From Candidatus Woykebacteria bacterium (GTDB lineage: Bacteria > Patescibacteriota > Microgenomatia > Woykebacterales > RBG-16-39-9b), in the NCBI GenBank assembly GCA_040876345.1, contig JBBDPM010000001.1, positions 116,688-180,687 of the forward strand: a stretch of 64,000 nucleotides of DNA, read 5' to 3'. Below the pieces are notes generated by a model that was not told the origin of the DNA, did no database searches, and saw only the letters and a program-made list of their open reading frames with translations. Below, one piece after another: positions 29,580 to 39,200 of the stretch (position 1 is the first letter of the stretch; each line of letters begins with the position of its first letter). The position numbers and the translations under genes are program-made.

Positions 29580-30206
29580 TTAGGTTTGTTTGGGGGAATT
29601 TGATATATCCGCTAGGCTCTTGTTTGTTTTTGCGGAAAAATCCAAGTCTTTGGCGTCAAAGCCCTCTTGTGCATATTTATCTTTATGCTTGATCAAAAGC
29701 CAAGCATTTTTACCTGCAAAGCCTTTGGTTTTCACCAAGGCAAAGGAGCCTTTTAATTTTTTGCCGTTTAGAAAAAATTTTAACTCTCCTTTTTCCAAAC
29801 CCGTCTTTAAAACTTTTTCCGCTTCTTTTTTGGTTTTTACTTGCACTCTTTCTCCATCCTCTTCAATTTCCGGCCAATAGGTGCCAAAGTCCCAAATTAT
29901 TACAGTTCCAGCACCATATTGCCCCTCGGGTATCACTCCTTCAAAATGTCGATAGTCCAGGGGGTGATTCTCGGTTTGCATTGCTAGTCGCTTCACCGAT
30001 GGGTCTAATGTTGGCCCTTTGGGAACAGCCCACGAGGGCATGGCTCCACCTGCTTCCAGCCGGAAATCGTAATGGAGTGCTGTGGCTTGGTGTTTCTGGA
30101 CTACATAGACTAGTTTTTTGGGGTCAATATTTTCGGATGTAAAAGGCTCAGGAGTGATATTTGGGTCTCTTTTTTCGCGGTAGGTAGAAAGCGAATCATT
30201 TAGCAT
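29580..30206 (-). CDS. Stand-alone LigD 3'-phosphoesterase domain
   Basis: VVQKH.AT.LHYDFRLE, SWAVPKGP, RLA..TE.HPL.Y..FEG.IP.G.YGAG.V.IWD.G. Confidence 0.92.
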   Translation of the reverse strand: MLNDSLSTYREKRDPNITPEPFTSENIDPKKLVYVVQKHQATALHYDFRLEAGGAMPSWAVPKGPTLDPSVKRLAMQTENHPLDYRHFEGVIPEGQYGAGTVIIWDFGTYWPEIEEDGERVQVKTKKEAEKVLKTGLEKGELKFFLNGKKLKGSFALVKTKGFAGKNAWLLIKHKDKYAQEGFDAKDLDFSAKTNKSLADISNSPKQT

Positions 30207-30289
30207 TTCCCTGGAATTTTACTGTTTGACCAGAAAAGGTGTCAAGGGAATAATTTATATCGCTCTGGCGATACGAGAGTAGATGTAAT

Positions 30290-30559
30290 CTAGCGATTAT
30301 AAATTGCGTGGGTTCCTATATTGTCAAAAACAACCACGCTGCCTTCTTCAAAGTGAAAAACTATCCTCCATTGGTATGAAACGGAAAATGAGTAAAAATC
30401 GGCCAGTTTGCCCTTCAACTTGTGAGTTTTTAACCTTGGATCGAAAACGTCCTCCTTGAATATTTGTTCTTGCTTCTTGAGAGATTTGAGTTCTGAGCTG
30501 GGAAATCTTTTCAAACTTTTGAAAAAGGCAGATGAATATTTAATCTGCTTGGGCTTCAT
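30290..30559 (-). CDS. RelE/YafQ-like mRNA interferase toxin
   Basis: LKTHKLKG.L...YSFSV...RI.F, IGTH.IY. Confidence 0.88.
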   Translation of the reverse strand: MKPKQIKYSSAFFKSLKRFPSSELKSLKKQEQIFKEDVFDPRLKTHKLKGKLADFYSFSVSYQWRIVFHFEEGSVVVFDNIGTHAIYNR

Positions 30560-30797
30560 TCCAAAGTTCCTCTAACGAGCCTTTTAACACTTTTGCCTTG
30601 CCCTCTCTTGCTTCCTCACGGCTTTGTAATACAGATAAAACCGCTTCCATCTCTGCAAGTTCCGTAGCATCGATTATTGCAACCTGGGGCTTGTTATTCT
30701 TCATTACAAATATGGGCTCCTTGGTTTTCTTCGCCTGATCGAAGATTTTTTTGTAATTACGCTGTATTTCTCTGGCAGTAGTAGTTTTTGGAAACAT
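30540..30797 (-). CDS. Phd/YefM antitoxin
   Basis: TAREIQRNY, P.FVMKNNKP.VAII. Confidence 0.88.
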   Translation of the reverse strand: MFPKTTTAREIQRNYKKIFDQAKKTKEPIFVMKNNKPQVAIIDATELAEMEAVLSVLQSREEAREGKAKVLKGSLEELWNEAQAD

Positions 30798-30940
30798 ATT
30801 ATGTATATAATACCGTATGTAATATTATATGTCAATAAAGTTTGGGCGTTTTAAGCTTGTTCCTATCATAAATTGAGACTAAGAAGCGAGGGTAAAATTG
30901 GGTTCTCTCCTTTCCGCCAAAAGGTGACCCATATCCCTCT

Positions 30941-31258
30941 TCAGCCTGATACGTACTCCTTTGCTAGTTTCTTAACCTCCGCCATCACCTCCTTGTCTGT
31001 GATACGAAACGGATGTTTGTGAATCTCGCACCAGCCGTTTGGGCCGTAATTGTGCTCCGGATGGTGTTTCGCAAGCGGGTTTCCGTATGCCTCGAATCCG
31101 AGATCGGTTACGAGGCCGACTGCGAAATCCTGAAACACAAATGCCCCCTCATCCAAGGGAGAATCGCACGCTATCTCCAGGTGAAGGTAGAGCTCGCCGT
31201 CTTTACTGTAGAACCAGATATGCCTAATCTGGTTCTGCTCATCCTTTGCTGTCGCCAC
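30941..31258 (-). CDS. Hypothetical protein (GC-rich orphan)
   Basis: GGAGG SD before GTG; imperfect hairpin downstream. Confidence 0.6.
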   Translation of the reverse strand: MATAKDEQNQIRHIWFYSKDGELYLHLEIACDSPLDEGAFVFQDFAVGLVTDLGFEAYGNPLAKHHPEHNYGPNGWCEIHKHPFRITDKEVMAEVKKLAKEYVSG

Positions 31259-31345
31259 GGGAAGCCTCCTCTCTCCAATTTGTTGATTGCTACAAGGCTG
31301 TGCTGGGAAGAGATCTTATCATATTTGAAGCTAAAAAGCGAGGTT

Positions 31346-31819
31346 TTATCTTTCCAAATTGAAATAACCGATTGTGAAGGGGAGACCGGGAATGATACGC
31401 AGATGGATTTTACCTAAATAAACTCCAGGTTCGGTTTCTACTATCTCATCCAGAAGAGTTCGCAGCCAAATGGGGTTTCCAGAAACATTGTAGTTTAATT
31501 TTAAAACTCCTATATTTTTATCTTGTAAACCTTTTCCCTCGGAAGTTTTAAATTTGTAGCGCTCTGAATCTTCTATTTTGTTAACCCCGCTGTTTTCCGC
31601 AGCATTAAAAATTTTCCCTTTCCAAGAAAGACTGTCCCGACCGTTAACAGAACCTTTGTAAAATCCGTCTAGTTTTGGAGAGGGAAGTTTTCCGGAAAGG
31701 AATATTTTTTGGTTATCACTGTGCTGAATTTTCCAAGTTCGGTAAAGGGCGAACAGAATAGATAGAATGACTATTATTAGAATAATGATTGGGATTAACT
31801 TAAAAAACTTAAATGTCAT
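31346..31819 (-). CDS. Hypothetical membrane-anchored protein
   Basis: TM; WKGK.F, L.Y....NP..LR...DEI......YLGK. Confidence 0.7.
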   Translation of the reverse strand: MTFKFFKLIPIIILIIVILSILFALYRTWKIQHSDNQKIFLSGKLPSPKLDGFYKGSVNGRDSLSWKGKIFNAAENSGVNKIEDSERYKFKTSEGKGLQDKNIGVLKLNYNVSGNPIWLRTLLDEIVETEPGVYLGKIHLRIIPGLPFTIGYFNLER

Positions 31820-31959
31820 TGGATTTGTCTTGGCTCCTTAAAATTCTAAAGAATACTGTGACTATTTCATAGACTACAAATACTAATCTGAAAAGCGAGA
31901 GTGGGAGAGGGCAGGCTGGCAGCTCTGTGATCCCTCTACCAGTTGGTTTTCGCGTGAAT

Positions 31960-32709
31960 CTAGGCCTCGGTTGCCATGAGTGCCATGAGTATTTCTATGG
32001 CGGCCCGAGGTGGATTGAGGATGAGCCAGTCGTGACCAGTATCCTTGATGATCCGAGGCTCTACCCCAAGGGCTTCACAGATTGGCTCCCATGGGAAGTA
32101 CTCGTCGTTCTCTGCCCAGAGTACGGCAACTTCCGTTTGGAGGTTGGGTAGCACCTCAAGTAGGTTGCAGCGAACAGTCATCTGGAAAGTTCGCAGCATC
32201 CAAGTTGGGTGCTTGAGGTGGTTAGCCAGGAACGAAAGCACCACTTTCGCCGCTTGCCGCCGCTGACCCTTCCGGAAACTTCGCCAAGTTTTCTGGCGCC
32301 CCACGTTTAGCCAACCAAAGGTGGAACGCCGCACTCGACCGCCAGCGGTATCAACCAGGACAAGCTTGGCTACCCTTTCCGGGTAGTGCCTTGCAACTTC
32401 GGCTGCTACGGAACCACCCATGGAGTGACCAACAAGGCGGACTTTCGTAGCTCCGAGATGGTCGATTATTCCCACCACAATCTCGGCGAAGCGCCCAAGG
32501 TCAGCCAAGACCAAGGCGTCACTTTTTCCGTGGCCTGGTTGGTCTGGGATGATGACAAAGAAGGAGTTCGAAAGCAGCTCACCCACCAACTCAAATAGAG
32601 ACGCTTGGGCCGACCAGCCGTGGATGATCATTGCCGCTGGGTTTGTTGGGTCTCCTGCCGTCAGATAAGAGACCAAGCAGCCGTCGACGGAGACTTGACT
32701 CCTTTGCAT
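31960..32709 (-). CDS. Alpha/beta hydrolase (GC-rich)
   Basis: IHGW, DQPGHG.S, GHSMGG, GHDW. Confidence 0.9.
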   Translation of the reverse strand: MQRSQVSVDGCLVSYLTAGDPTNPAAMIIHGWSAQASLFELVGELLSNSFFVIIPDQPGHGKSDALVLADLGRFAEIVVGIIDHLGATKVRLVGHSMGGSVAAEVARHYPERVAKLVLVDTAGGRVRRSTFGWLNVGRQKTWRSFRKGQRRQAAKVVLSFLANHLKHPTWMLRTFQMTVRCNLLEVLPNLQTEVAVLWAENDEYFPWEPICEALGVEPRIIKDTGHDWLILNPPRAAIEILMALMATEA

Positions 32710-32799
32710 GACCTCTCCTATGCGAAGTTATCTCTCTGCCCGAGTATTCAGTTGTCAGGGGAATTATACCTTAGCTTGTAAAATAAGTAGAGGAAGAGC

Positions 32800-33201
32800 C
32801 TAAAGGGAAGGGTTTTTAGGCAGGTATTTAAGGGCAAATTGGTGGGCTTGGGCCTCTTGAATAGTTGTTTCTCTTTTAGTTTGCGGAGCAAGAATGGCGT
32901 TTTTGTGACCGAGCATCACGTGCCCAATTTCGTGGGCAACAGTGTAGTGTTGATCGTATTTATCCTGCTCAAAAAGCTCATCTCCCAGGAAAACTAGGTG
33001 TTTATTCCCAAGATCTTTACTATCCAACACAAAACCCCAAGCGTCATCAAAAGAAGATATGAACCAGACATTTGCGGAAATAAAGTTGATTATTTCTTTT
33101 GGGAAAAGGAGAAGTGTTTCGCAAACAAGAAGCTGCATCTTTGCGTTACCAACAAGCTTACCACTAAATCTCTTTTTTATCTTTTCAAGCTCTGGGCCCA
33201 T
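32800..33201 (-). CDS. HEXXH metallopeptidase-like protein (ImmA/IrrE-like)
   Basis: TVAHEIGHVMLGH...E.QA..FA. Confidence 0.7.
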   Translation of the reverse strand: MGPELEKIKKRFSGKLVGNAKMQLLVCETLLLFPKEIINFISANVWFISSFDDAWGFVLDSKDLGNKHLVFLGDELFEQDKYDQHYTVAHEIGHVMLGHKNAILAPQTKRETTIQEAQAHQFALKYLPKNPSL

Positions 33202-33212
33202 TCAGATATGGT

Positions 33213-33536
33213 TTATATTGCAAAGATTATCAAAATCAACACCAAAATTATCAAAAATGAATATAGCAAGGTGTAGGAGAGGGTTGCAAGAGCCTCTTTT
33301 ATCTTGTTGTTTAGGGCTAAATATACTGGTAGTCCAAATACTAAGGAGCCGGTGATCGCGGCTGAGAAAACGAACAGCACCAGAATTAGGAAAACGCCAA
33401 TATATCCGGGCTCCATATTGCCTTTCTCGATGAAGAACATAAAAGCGCCAACCAAGGCGCAGTAGGCGGTTAATCCTAAAGCTTGACCAAGCCCCGCCAG
33501 AGCTGGATGCACCTCACCTTTTAAGAGTTTATCCAT
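33213..33536 (-). CDS. Hypothetical membrane protein
   Basis: Three TM segments; TATAAT lies 6 nt before the ATG. Confidence 0.75.
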   Translation of the reverse strand: MDKLLKGEVHPALAGLGQALGLTAYCALVGAFMFFIEKGNMEPGYIGVFLILVLFVFSAAITGSLVFGLPVYLALNNKIKEALATLSYTLLYSFLIILVLILIIFAI

Positions 33537-33559
33537 GTTTAAATTATACAAGATTTTTG

Positions 33560-34282
33560 TTATTTTATTACAGACTTAAGATAATATTGTCTTTTTCCTT
33601 CAGGAAAATGTTCGATAGAGTAACGAAGGGCAGTGCGGGGCATGGTGGCGGCGTGTTTATCAAGAAAATTGGTCAAGTCCTTTTCACTGCAGCGTTTGCC
33701 AACTTCCCGCAGCATCCAACCAACTGCTTTTTGGATTAGATCATGCTTGTCGTCAATCAAAATCTCGGCTATCTTCAACGCATCTTTAGGGTCACCTTGG
33801 GCAATAAAATAAGAAGTCGCTACCATGGCAATTCTTCTTTCCCACAGGTTTTTAGACTTTGCCAGCTTGTATAAAATGTCTTTTGACCTGTTCTCTAGGT
33901 ACGGGCCGACAATATAACCAGCTGATGAATCAACCAAATCCCAGTTATTCACCCAGCCAGTATTTGCTAAATAAAATTCGTAAATTTCTTTCTGGATTTT
34001 GCTGTCGTTTTGTTTAACAGCTGCCTTGAATTGATTCACAAGGATTATCAACGCCACTAAGCGCTCTTCGTGAATTGGGGATTTGAAGAGTTGTTCGGCT
34101 TTGGTTAGCGGCAAATCTTTGTATTTTTTCGCGATCAATCGCTGCTCCGGCACGGTAACGCCGATAAATTTATCACCCTCGCCGTATTGCCCCTTATCTG
34201 TTTTAAAAAACCACTCTGACGCTTTTGCTTTTTGAGGGGTGGCTAATTCTTGAAGGTCTTTTTTTAACTGTTCGATCATCAC
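33560..34282 (-). CDS. DNA alkylation repair protein (AlkD-like)
   Basis: FFKT..GQYGEGD.F.GV.VP, NNWDLVD, IQKAVGWMLREVGK, MPRTALRY.IE. Confidence 0.92.
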   Translation of the reverse strand: MMIEQLKKDLQELATPQKAKASEWFFKTDKGQYGEGDKFIGVTVPEQRLIAKKYKDLPLTKAEQLFKSPIHEERLVALIILVNQFKAAVKQNDSKIQKEIYEFYLANTGWVNNWDLVDSSAGYIVGPYLENRSKDILYKLAKSKNLWERRIAMVATSYFIAQGDPKDALKIAEILIDDKHDLIQKAVGWMLREVGKRCSEKDLTNFLDKHAATMPRTALRYSIEHFPEGKRQYYLKSVIK

Positions 34283-34353
34283 CCAGGTATTTTATATGAT
34301 TTTTTTGGGATCGTGAAGTGGTCTGAGTTGGATAGCGTCCTTGTCTACCCAAC

Positions 34354-34638
34354 TCAGCGGTACGGGTGTCGGCGGCAATAGTCGCAGAGCAGGCGGCTCG
34401 TTCTCCAGATCAAAAACCAGCTGCTGTGATTGCACGGTAGTTGGCTGCCGTACTCGGTATTCTTGCGCCCGCTTCCATAGCAGGGTGTGCATGTTTTGAC
34501 GCCCGTGGTCTTACCGCACTGCCCACATCTCGTCACTGGCCGTATCCGACCCCAGCGTACGATGGGCAAGAGGAGCAAGACCCCAACGAGTATCAGTACC
34601 GACAATTCGAGTGGCATCTCGATTGCGATTATTGGCAT
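34354..34638 (-). CDS. Small TM + Cys-rich orphan (GC-rich)
   Basis: AGGAGG SD; TM then CGQC, CTPC, C.H, CDYC. Confidence 0.6.
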   Translation of the reverse strand: MPIIAIEMPLELSVLILVGVLLLLPIVRWGRIRPVTRCGQCGKTTGVKTCTPCYGSGRKNTEYGSQLPCNHSSWFLIWRTSRLLCDYCRRHPYR

Positions 34639-34695
34639 TTCCGACCTCCTTCCGACTATATTTTATAAAACCTGTAGTAAAATTATGGAGTTTAG

Positions 34696-35496
34696 TTAGA
34701 TTTTAAGGTCTCTTTTTTGGAAAGAGACGATGCTGATTAGGAGAAATACCAAGGTTACAGCAATAAACACGGCCATATGTTCCAACTTTAAGCCATTCTT
34801 CAGTGGGTTATTTTCACTGTAATAGTAGGAAAGCGAAAATTTTTGATAATCTTTGAGAAAATTTACTATTGGGGAGAGGCCATATAGAAAAAAGCTAATG
34901 ACTGCTAAAGAAGCGCTTATCCCGATACCTATCGAACGGCTTCCAGTGGCAGCACTTAAAGCTAAAGAAATTGATCCAAAAGCAAGGGCAAGTAGAGACA
35001 CACTAATCATAACATCGACTATCCGCATTGGGTTAACGTCCATGCCGATTGATTGGGTTCCGATTATTAAAGAAATTGCTGTAATAGATGACAATATTGC
35101 CGTAGTTAAAATCATTAAAATAAATTTTTCGACAACTACCTGAAAGCGAGGAATAGGATTGGCCAAAAGAAGGTCCAGAGTGCCTTTATCTTCCTCACCA
35201 GCGATTGCTCCGCTGCCGGCGGCCACAGTGAAAATTATCAAGAGGGTTGGCATAAAGAAAGTAAAAAGTTCGCTGTTCAAGTATCCGGCCGGGGTGGCGT
35301 AATCAGTCGCCTCTCCAACAAATGCTCTAAGCGCTTCTGGCAAGTTCTCAAAATATGAGGTTATATTCTGAGCGCTCTCTTTAACACTAGGGTAAAAAGC
35401 GATAAGAAGAGAAACAGTAAGAATTAGTCCAATACTCCAGAACAACAAGGATATCTTTTGGTCTTTTAGATTTCTGAATATTATATTGCCAATCAT
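34696..35496 (-). CDS. ABC-2 type permease
   Basis: IAGEEDKGTLDLLLANPIPR; multiple TM segments. Confidence 0.9.
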   Translation of the reverse strand: MIGNIIFRNLKDQKISLLFWSIGLILTVSLLIAFYPSVKESAQNITSYFENLPEALRAFVGEATDYATPAGYLNSELFTFFMPTLLIIFTVAAGSGAIAGEEDKGTLDLLLANPIPRFQVVVEKFILMILTTAILSSITAISLIIGTQSIGMDVNPMRIVDVMISVSLLALAFGSISLALSAATGSRSIGIGISASLAVISFFLYGLSPIVNFLKDYQKFSLSYYYSENNPLKNGLKLEHMAVFIAVTLVFLLISIVSFQKRDLKI

Positions 35497-36392
35497 GACT
35501 TTTCTTTATCCACGTAGTAGGTGAGAAATAGCTCCTCTAAGTTTGGTTCTTGACTTATAATATTTACCACTTCATATTTCGCGATTTCCTTTACAAAAGA
35601 ATCCAGAGTTCCGACAACGGTGCAACGCAGTAGATTGCCCTCTACCCTTACGTCTTGTACACCTTCAATTTTTGAAAACTCTTCTAGTTTTGGAGCTTTA
35701 GAAAAATGAACTTCCAGGGGACGGAGGGCTTTTTCTCTTAGAGTCTCAACCCTTTCAACAATTGCAAGCTCCCCTTCGCGAATTATACCCACCCGGTCAC
35801 AAATTTTTTCTACTTCGGGGAGATTATGCGATGAGATAAAAAAAGTAGTGCCCATCCCTTTAGTCTCACTGACTAAATGGTAAAACTCGTGCTGAATAAG
35901 GGGATCGAGACCAGAGGTTGGCTCGTCTAAAATTACAAGCTTTGGTTTGTGCATGAAAGCTTGAATAAGGCCGATTTTTTGCTTGTTGCCGTGGGACATT
36001 TTTTTAATTTTCTGGTGAAGATCTACTTTCAGGCGGCTGCGTAGTTTTTCAACGTATTTCCAATCTACGCCATCTCTAAATTTTGCTAAAAACTTCAAAA
36101 TTTCTGTGCCAGTTAGGTTTTCGTACAAGCTAAGGTCTCCTGGCAAGTAGCCAACAAGCCTTTTTATTTCAACGCTATTTTTGTGAGAATCTAGACCAAA
36201 GATTTCAGTCTGACCTTGGCTTGGCCTCATAAAGTCTAGAAGAACTCGGATAGTAGTTGTTTTACCGGCACCGTTAGGGCCAAGGTAACCAAAAACTTCT
36301 CCTTGAATCACACTGAAGTTTAGGTCAACGACACCTCTTTGTTTTCCGTAGGATTTTGTGAGGCCCTTTACTTTGATCGCGTCATCTGCCAT
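35493..36392 (-). CDS. ABC transporter ATP-binding protein
   Basis: GPNGAGKTT, ILDEPTSGLDP, SSH. Confidence 0.95.
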   Translation of the reverse strand: MADDAIKVKGLTKSYGKQRGVVDLNFSVIQGEVFGYLGPNGAGKTTTIRVLLDFMRPSQGQTEIFGLDSHKNSVEIKRLVGYLPGDLSLYENLTGTEILKFLAKFRDGVDWKYVEKLRSRLKVDLHQKIKKMSHGNKQKIGLIQAFMHKPKLVILDEPTSGLDPLIQHEFYHLVSETKGMGTTFFISSHNLPEVEKICDRVGIIREGELAIVERVETLREKALRPLEVHFSKAPKLEEFSKIEGVQDVRVEGNLLRCTVVGTLDSFVKEIAKYEVVNIISQEPNLEELFLTYYVDKEKS

Positions 36393-36462
36393 CGAAAGCT
36401 AGTTTAACACTAAATTTTTTAAACGCCAATAAGTAGCAAATTTTGGAGAGAAGAGTTATATT

Positions 36463-36882
36463 GTGTTCATGGATAAGATGAAAATGGATGCGCAGGAATT
36501 GAAAAATAAGCTTTCACCAGAGCTTTATAATATTGCCGTTGAGAAGGGTACCGAGGCTCCTTTTTCGGGGAAATATGTTTTTTCCAAGGACGAAGGGGTG
36601 TATAAATGTGCTGTCTGCAGCAATCCTTTGTTTTCATCTGAGACAAAGTTTGACTCCAAAACTGGCTGGCCAAGTTTCACGGAGCCTGTGACGCCAGATG
36701 CTGTAGACTATAATGAAGACACAAGCTTTGGTACGTCTCGTACTGAGATTACCTGCGGAAAGTGTGGAGCTCACCTTGGTCACGTGTTTGATGATGGTCC
36801 AAAAACTCTCTCTGGTAAACCCTCTACGGGTAAGAGGTACTGCATAAACTGCGTTTCTCTTGATCTTAATAAAAACAAGTGA
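36463..36882 (+). CDS. msrB: Methionine-R-sulfoxide reductase
   Basis: GTEAPF, KFDS.TGWPSF, HLGHVFDDGP, RYCIN. Confidence 0.96.
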   Translation: MFMDKMKMDAQELKNKLSPELYNIAVEKGTEAPFSGKYVFSKDEGVYKCAVCSNPLFSSETKFDSKTGWPSFTEPVTPDAVDYNEDTSFGTSRTEITCGKCGAHLGHVFDDGPKTLSGKPSTGKRYCINCVSLDLNKNK

Positions 36883-36939
36883 TTATCCCATTGACAAATA
36901 TGGGCGGAAAAGATATAAACTTACTACTTTGGAAAGGCG

Positions 36940-37143
36940 GTGATTTTTGTGAAATATTCTTTTACTTGTAATCAAGGACATGAACCGGTGACTTTTACAG
37001 CTGAAGCAGACAGTGATGACGAAGCTCTGCAAAAAATTATGGAACAGGCCGGCCCTCACGCCGCTGAAGTCCACCCCGATATGGCTAACAAAAGCCCAGA
37101 GGAGATGAAGCAGATGATAACTGGCAGTTGGACAAAAGAGTAG
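36940..37143 (+). CDS. Small metal-binding protein (DUF1059-like)
   Basis: F.C...H...F.AEA.S.DE.......HA.EVH. Confidence 0.6.
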   Translation: MIFVKYSFTCNQGHEPVTFTAEADSDDEALQKIMEQAGPHAAEVHPDMANKSPEEMKQMITGSWTKE

Positions 37144-37191
37144 TATAGGCTACAGAAATTGCCCAAAAGAAGTGTTAAATTTTTTAAAAAG

Positions 37192-37290
37192 ATGGAAAGT
37201 GTTCGTAAAACGTTAGTTGCGGTAATACTTGTTGTTGCAATTGTGCTTTTAGCCTTTATATTACTCAGCGCATTTTTCCGCCAGTATTAA
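37192..37290 (+). CDS. 32-aa single-TM microprotein (not in ORF track)
   Basis: MESVRKTLVAVILVVAIVLLAFILLSAFFRQY. Confidence 0.5.
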   Translation: MESVRKTLVAVILVVAIVLLAFILLSAFFRQY

Positions 37291-37353
37291 ATCTCCAAAA
37301 AATTCCGGTTGCTTTAAGAAATAATCTTCATTATATTATGGTAAGGGGGTAAT

Positions 37354-38370
37354 ATGCTTAAAGTTGCAATTAATGGATTTGGTAGGATTGGTAGAAGTGC
37401 TTTTAAAGTGGCCGTTGATGACCATAAAAACGAAGTTGATGTGGTTGCACTCAACGACCTTACAGATTCTAATACACTCGCCCATCTTTTGAAATATGAT
37501 ACTGCCTACGGTTCCTACGAGAGAGAGGTTTCCTCAAGCGGAAATAACATTATTGTTGATGGGAAAAAATACCCAGTTTATTCTGAGAAAGACCCTGTCA
37601 ATCTTCCGTGGCGCGAGCTTGGGGTTGATATTGTAATTGAGTCAACTGGTTTTTTCACGACTAAAGAGGGCAGCATGGGTCATATCAAAGCTGGCGCAAA
37701 AAGGGTGGTAATATCAGCCCCTGCCAAGGGTGACGGAGTCGGAACCTATTTAATTGGTGTCAATGCGGATAAGGATACAGGGGAGGAGCAGATTATCAAC
37801 AACGCTTCTTGTACTACTAACTGTATTGCTCCAGTCGCTGCCATCATGCATGCAGAGTTTGGCGTTGCAAAGGCCATGATGACCACAATTCACAGTTACA
37901 CCGCCGACCAAAACTTGCAGGATGGTCCGCACAAAGATTTACGAAGAGCCAGGGCCGCCGCTGAAAACATTGTGCCGACTTCTACTGGTGCAGCAATTGC
38001 GACCACCGAAGCAATCCCAGAGCTAAAAGGTTTGTTTGATGGGGTCGCCATCAGAGTTCCCACTCCAGTCGGGTCAATATCAGATTTTACCTTTCTTATC
38101 AAGAAAAAAGCTAGTGTCGAGGAAATTAACAGCGCTTTTAAAGAAGCAGTTAAGAATCCCCTGTACAAAGGAGTATTGGCTATAACCGATGAGCAAGTAG
38201 TCTCGTCCGATATTGTGGGCCGCACCGAAAGCTCTATTGTCGACCTTTCTCTTACCCAAGTTGTGGATGGGGATCTTGTGAAGGTGTTTGCTTGGTATGA
38301 TAATGAGATGGGATATTCTCACCGGTTGATTGAGCAAGTAGTTCACGCGGGTAAGAAAATCAAGAGCTAA
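37354..38370 (+). CDS. gap: Type I glyceraldehyde-3-phosphate dehydrogenase
   Basis: INGFGRIGR, NASCTTNC, WYDNE.GYS. Confidence 0.97.
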   Translation: MLKVAINGFGRIGRSAFKVAVDDHKNEVDVVALNDLTDSNTLAHLLKYDTAYGSYEREVSSSGNNIIVDGKKYPVYSEKDPVNLPWRELGVDIVIESTGFFTTKEGSMGHIKAGAKRVVISAPAKGDGVGTYLIGVNADKDTGEEQIINNASCTTNCIAPVAAIMHAEFGVAKAMMTTIHSYTADQNLQDGPHKDLRRARAAAENIVPTSTGAAIATTEAIPELKGLFDGVAIRVPTPVGSISDFTFLIKKKASVEEINSAFKEAVKNPLYKGVLAITDEQVVSSDIVGRTESSIVDLSLTQVVDGDLVKVFAWYDNEMGYSHRLIEQVVHAGKKIKS

Positions 38371-38373
38371 AAT

Positions 38374-38697
38374 TTGATGAAAACAAGGTTTTTGAAAGTG
38401 CAAATAATCGTTTTGTTTATGTCGCTTATCTTGTCATTTGCTTCTTTTTTTATTTTCCAAAAGGACGGTTGTGGCCCACCTTATGATGGTGGTGGTACAA
38501 ATCGAGCTCCTATTGTAGATGTTACAGATGCTCCCTATTGTACGGAATGGGGGTTTCCAGTAGTTTTGAAATCCGGTGGATTTTCTGATACTCGACCGGC
38601 GGAGGGATTCCCAACCGCATTTATTGGGAACTCTGTTTTTTATTTTCTACTCTTAAATTTGCTTTATTTAGTAGTCAGTAAAGTTAAAAAAACATGA
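38374..38697 (+). CDS. Hypothetical two-TM protein
   Basis: TM, Cys-containing loop, WGFP, TM. Confidence 0.65.
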   Translation: MMKTRFLKVQIIVLFMSLILSFASFFIFQKDGCGPPYDGGGTNRAPIVDVTDAPYCTEWGFPVVLKSGGFSDTRPAEGFPTAFIGNSVFYFLLLNLLYLVVSKVKKT

Positions 38698-39200
38698 TCT
38701 ATCTCGCTTCTGATCACGCTGGATTTGAGTTAAAAGAAAAGGTTAAGAAGAGCCTTCAAGATTCTGGTTTTAATGTAGAAGACTGTGGCGCCTATAAATT
38801 TGATCCAAATGATGATTATCCAGATTTTGTAAGCAAAGCTGCTAAAAAAGTTTCTGAGGACCTGGAAAATTCAAAGGCGATAATTTTTGGCGGCTCAGGT
38901 CAGGCTGAAGCTATGGTCGCGAATAAGTTCCCGGGTGTACGCTGCGCCCTTTTTTATGCAGCTGTAGCTCCTGTTGAGGCAGCCGATATAACCGGCAGGA
39001 AAAGTGAGGACCCTTTTGAGATGATTCGTTTAACTCGTGAGCACAATGATGCTAATATTTTGTCGATCGGGGCAAGATTTGTTACCGAGGAGAATGCCCA
39101 GAAGGCAGCGAAATTTTGGCTTGAGCAGAAATTTTCTAAGGATGAGCGCCATGTAAGGCGACATAATAAAATTAGCAATATTGAGGCTTCAAATGGTTGA
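38694..39200 (+). CDS. rpiB: Ribose-5-phosphate isomerase B
   Basis: ASDHAGFELK, DDYPD, ANK.PGVR, R.HNDANIL, RH.RR. Confidence 0.93.
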   Translation: MIYLASDHAGFELKEKVKKSLQDSGFNVEDCGAYKFDPNDDYPDFVSKAAKKVSEDLENSKAIIFGGSGQAEAMVANKFPGVRCALFYAAVAPVEAADITGRKSEDPFEMIRLTREHNDANILSIGARFVTEENAQKAAKFWLEQKFSKDERHVRRHNKISNIEASNG

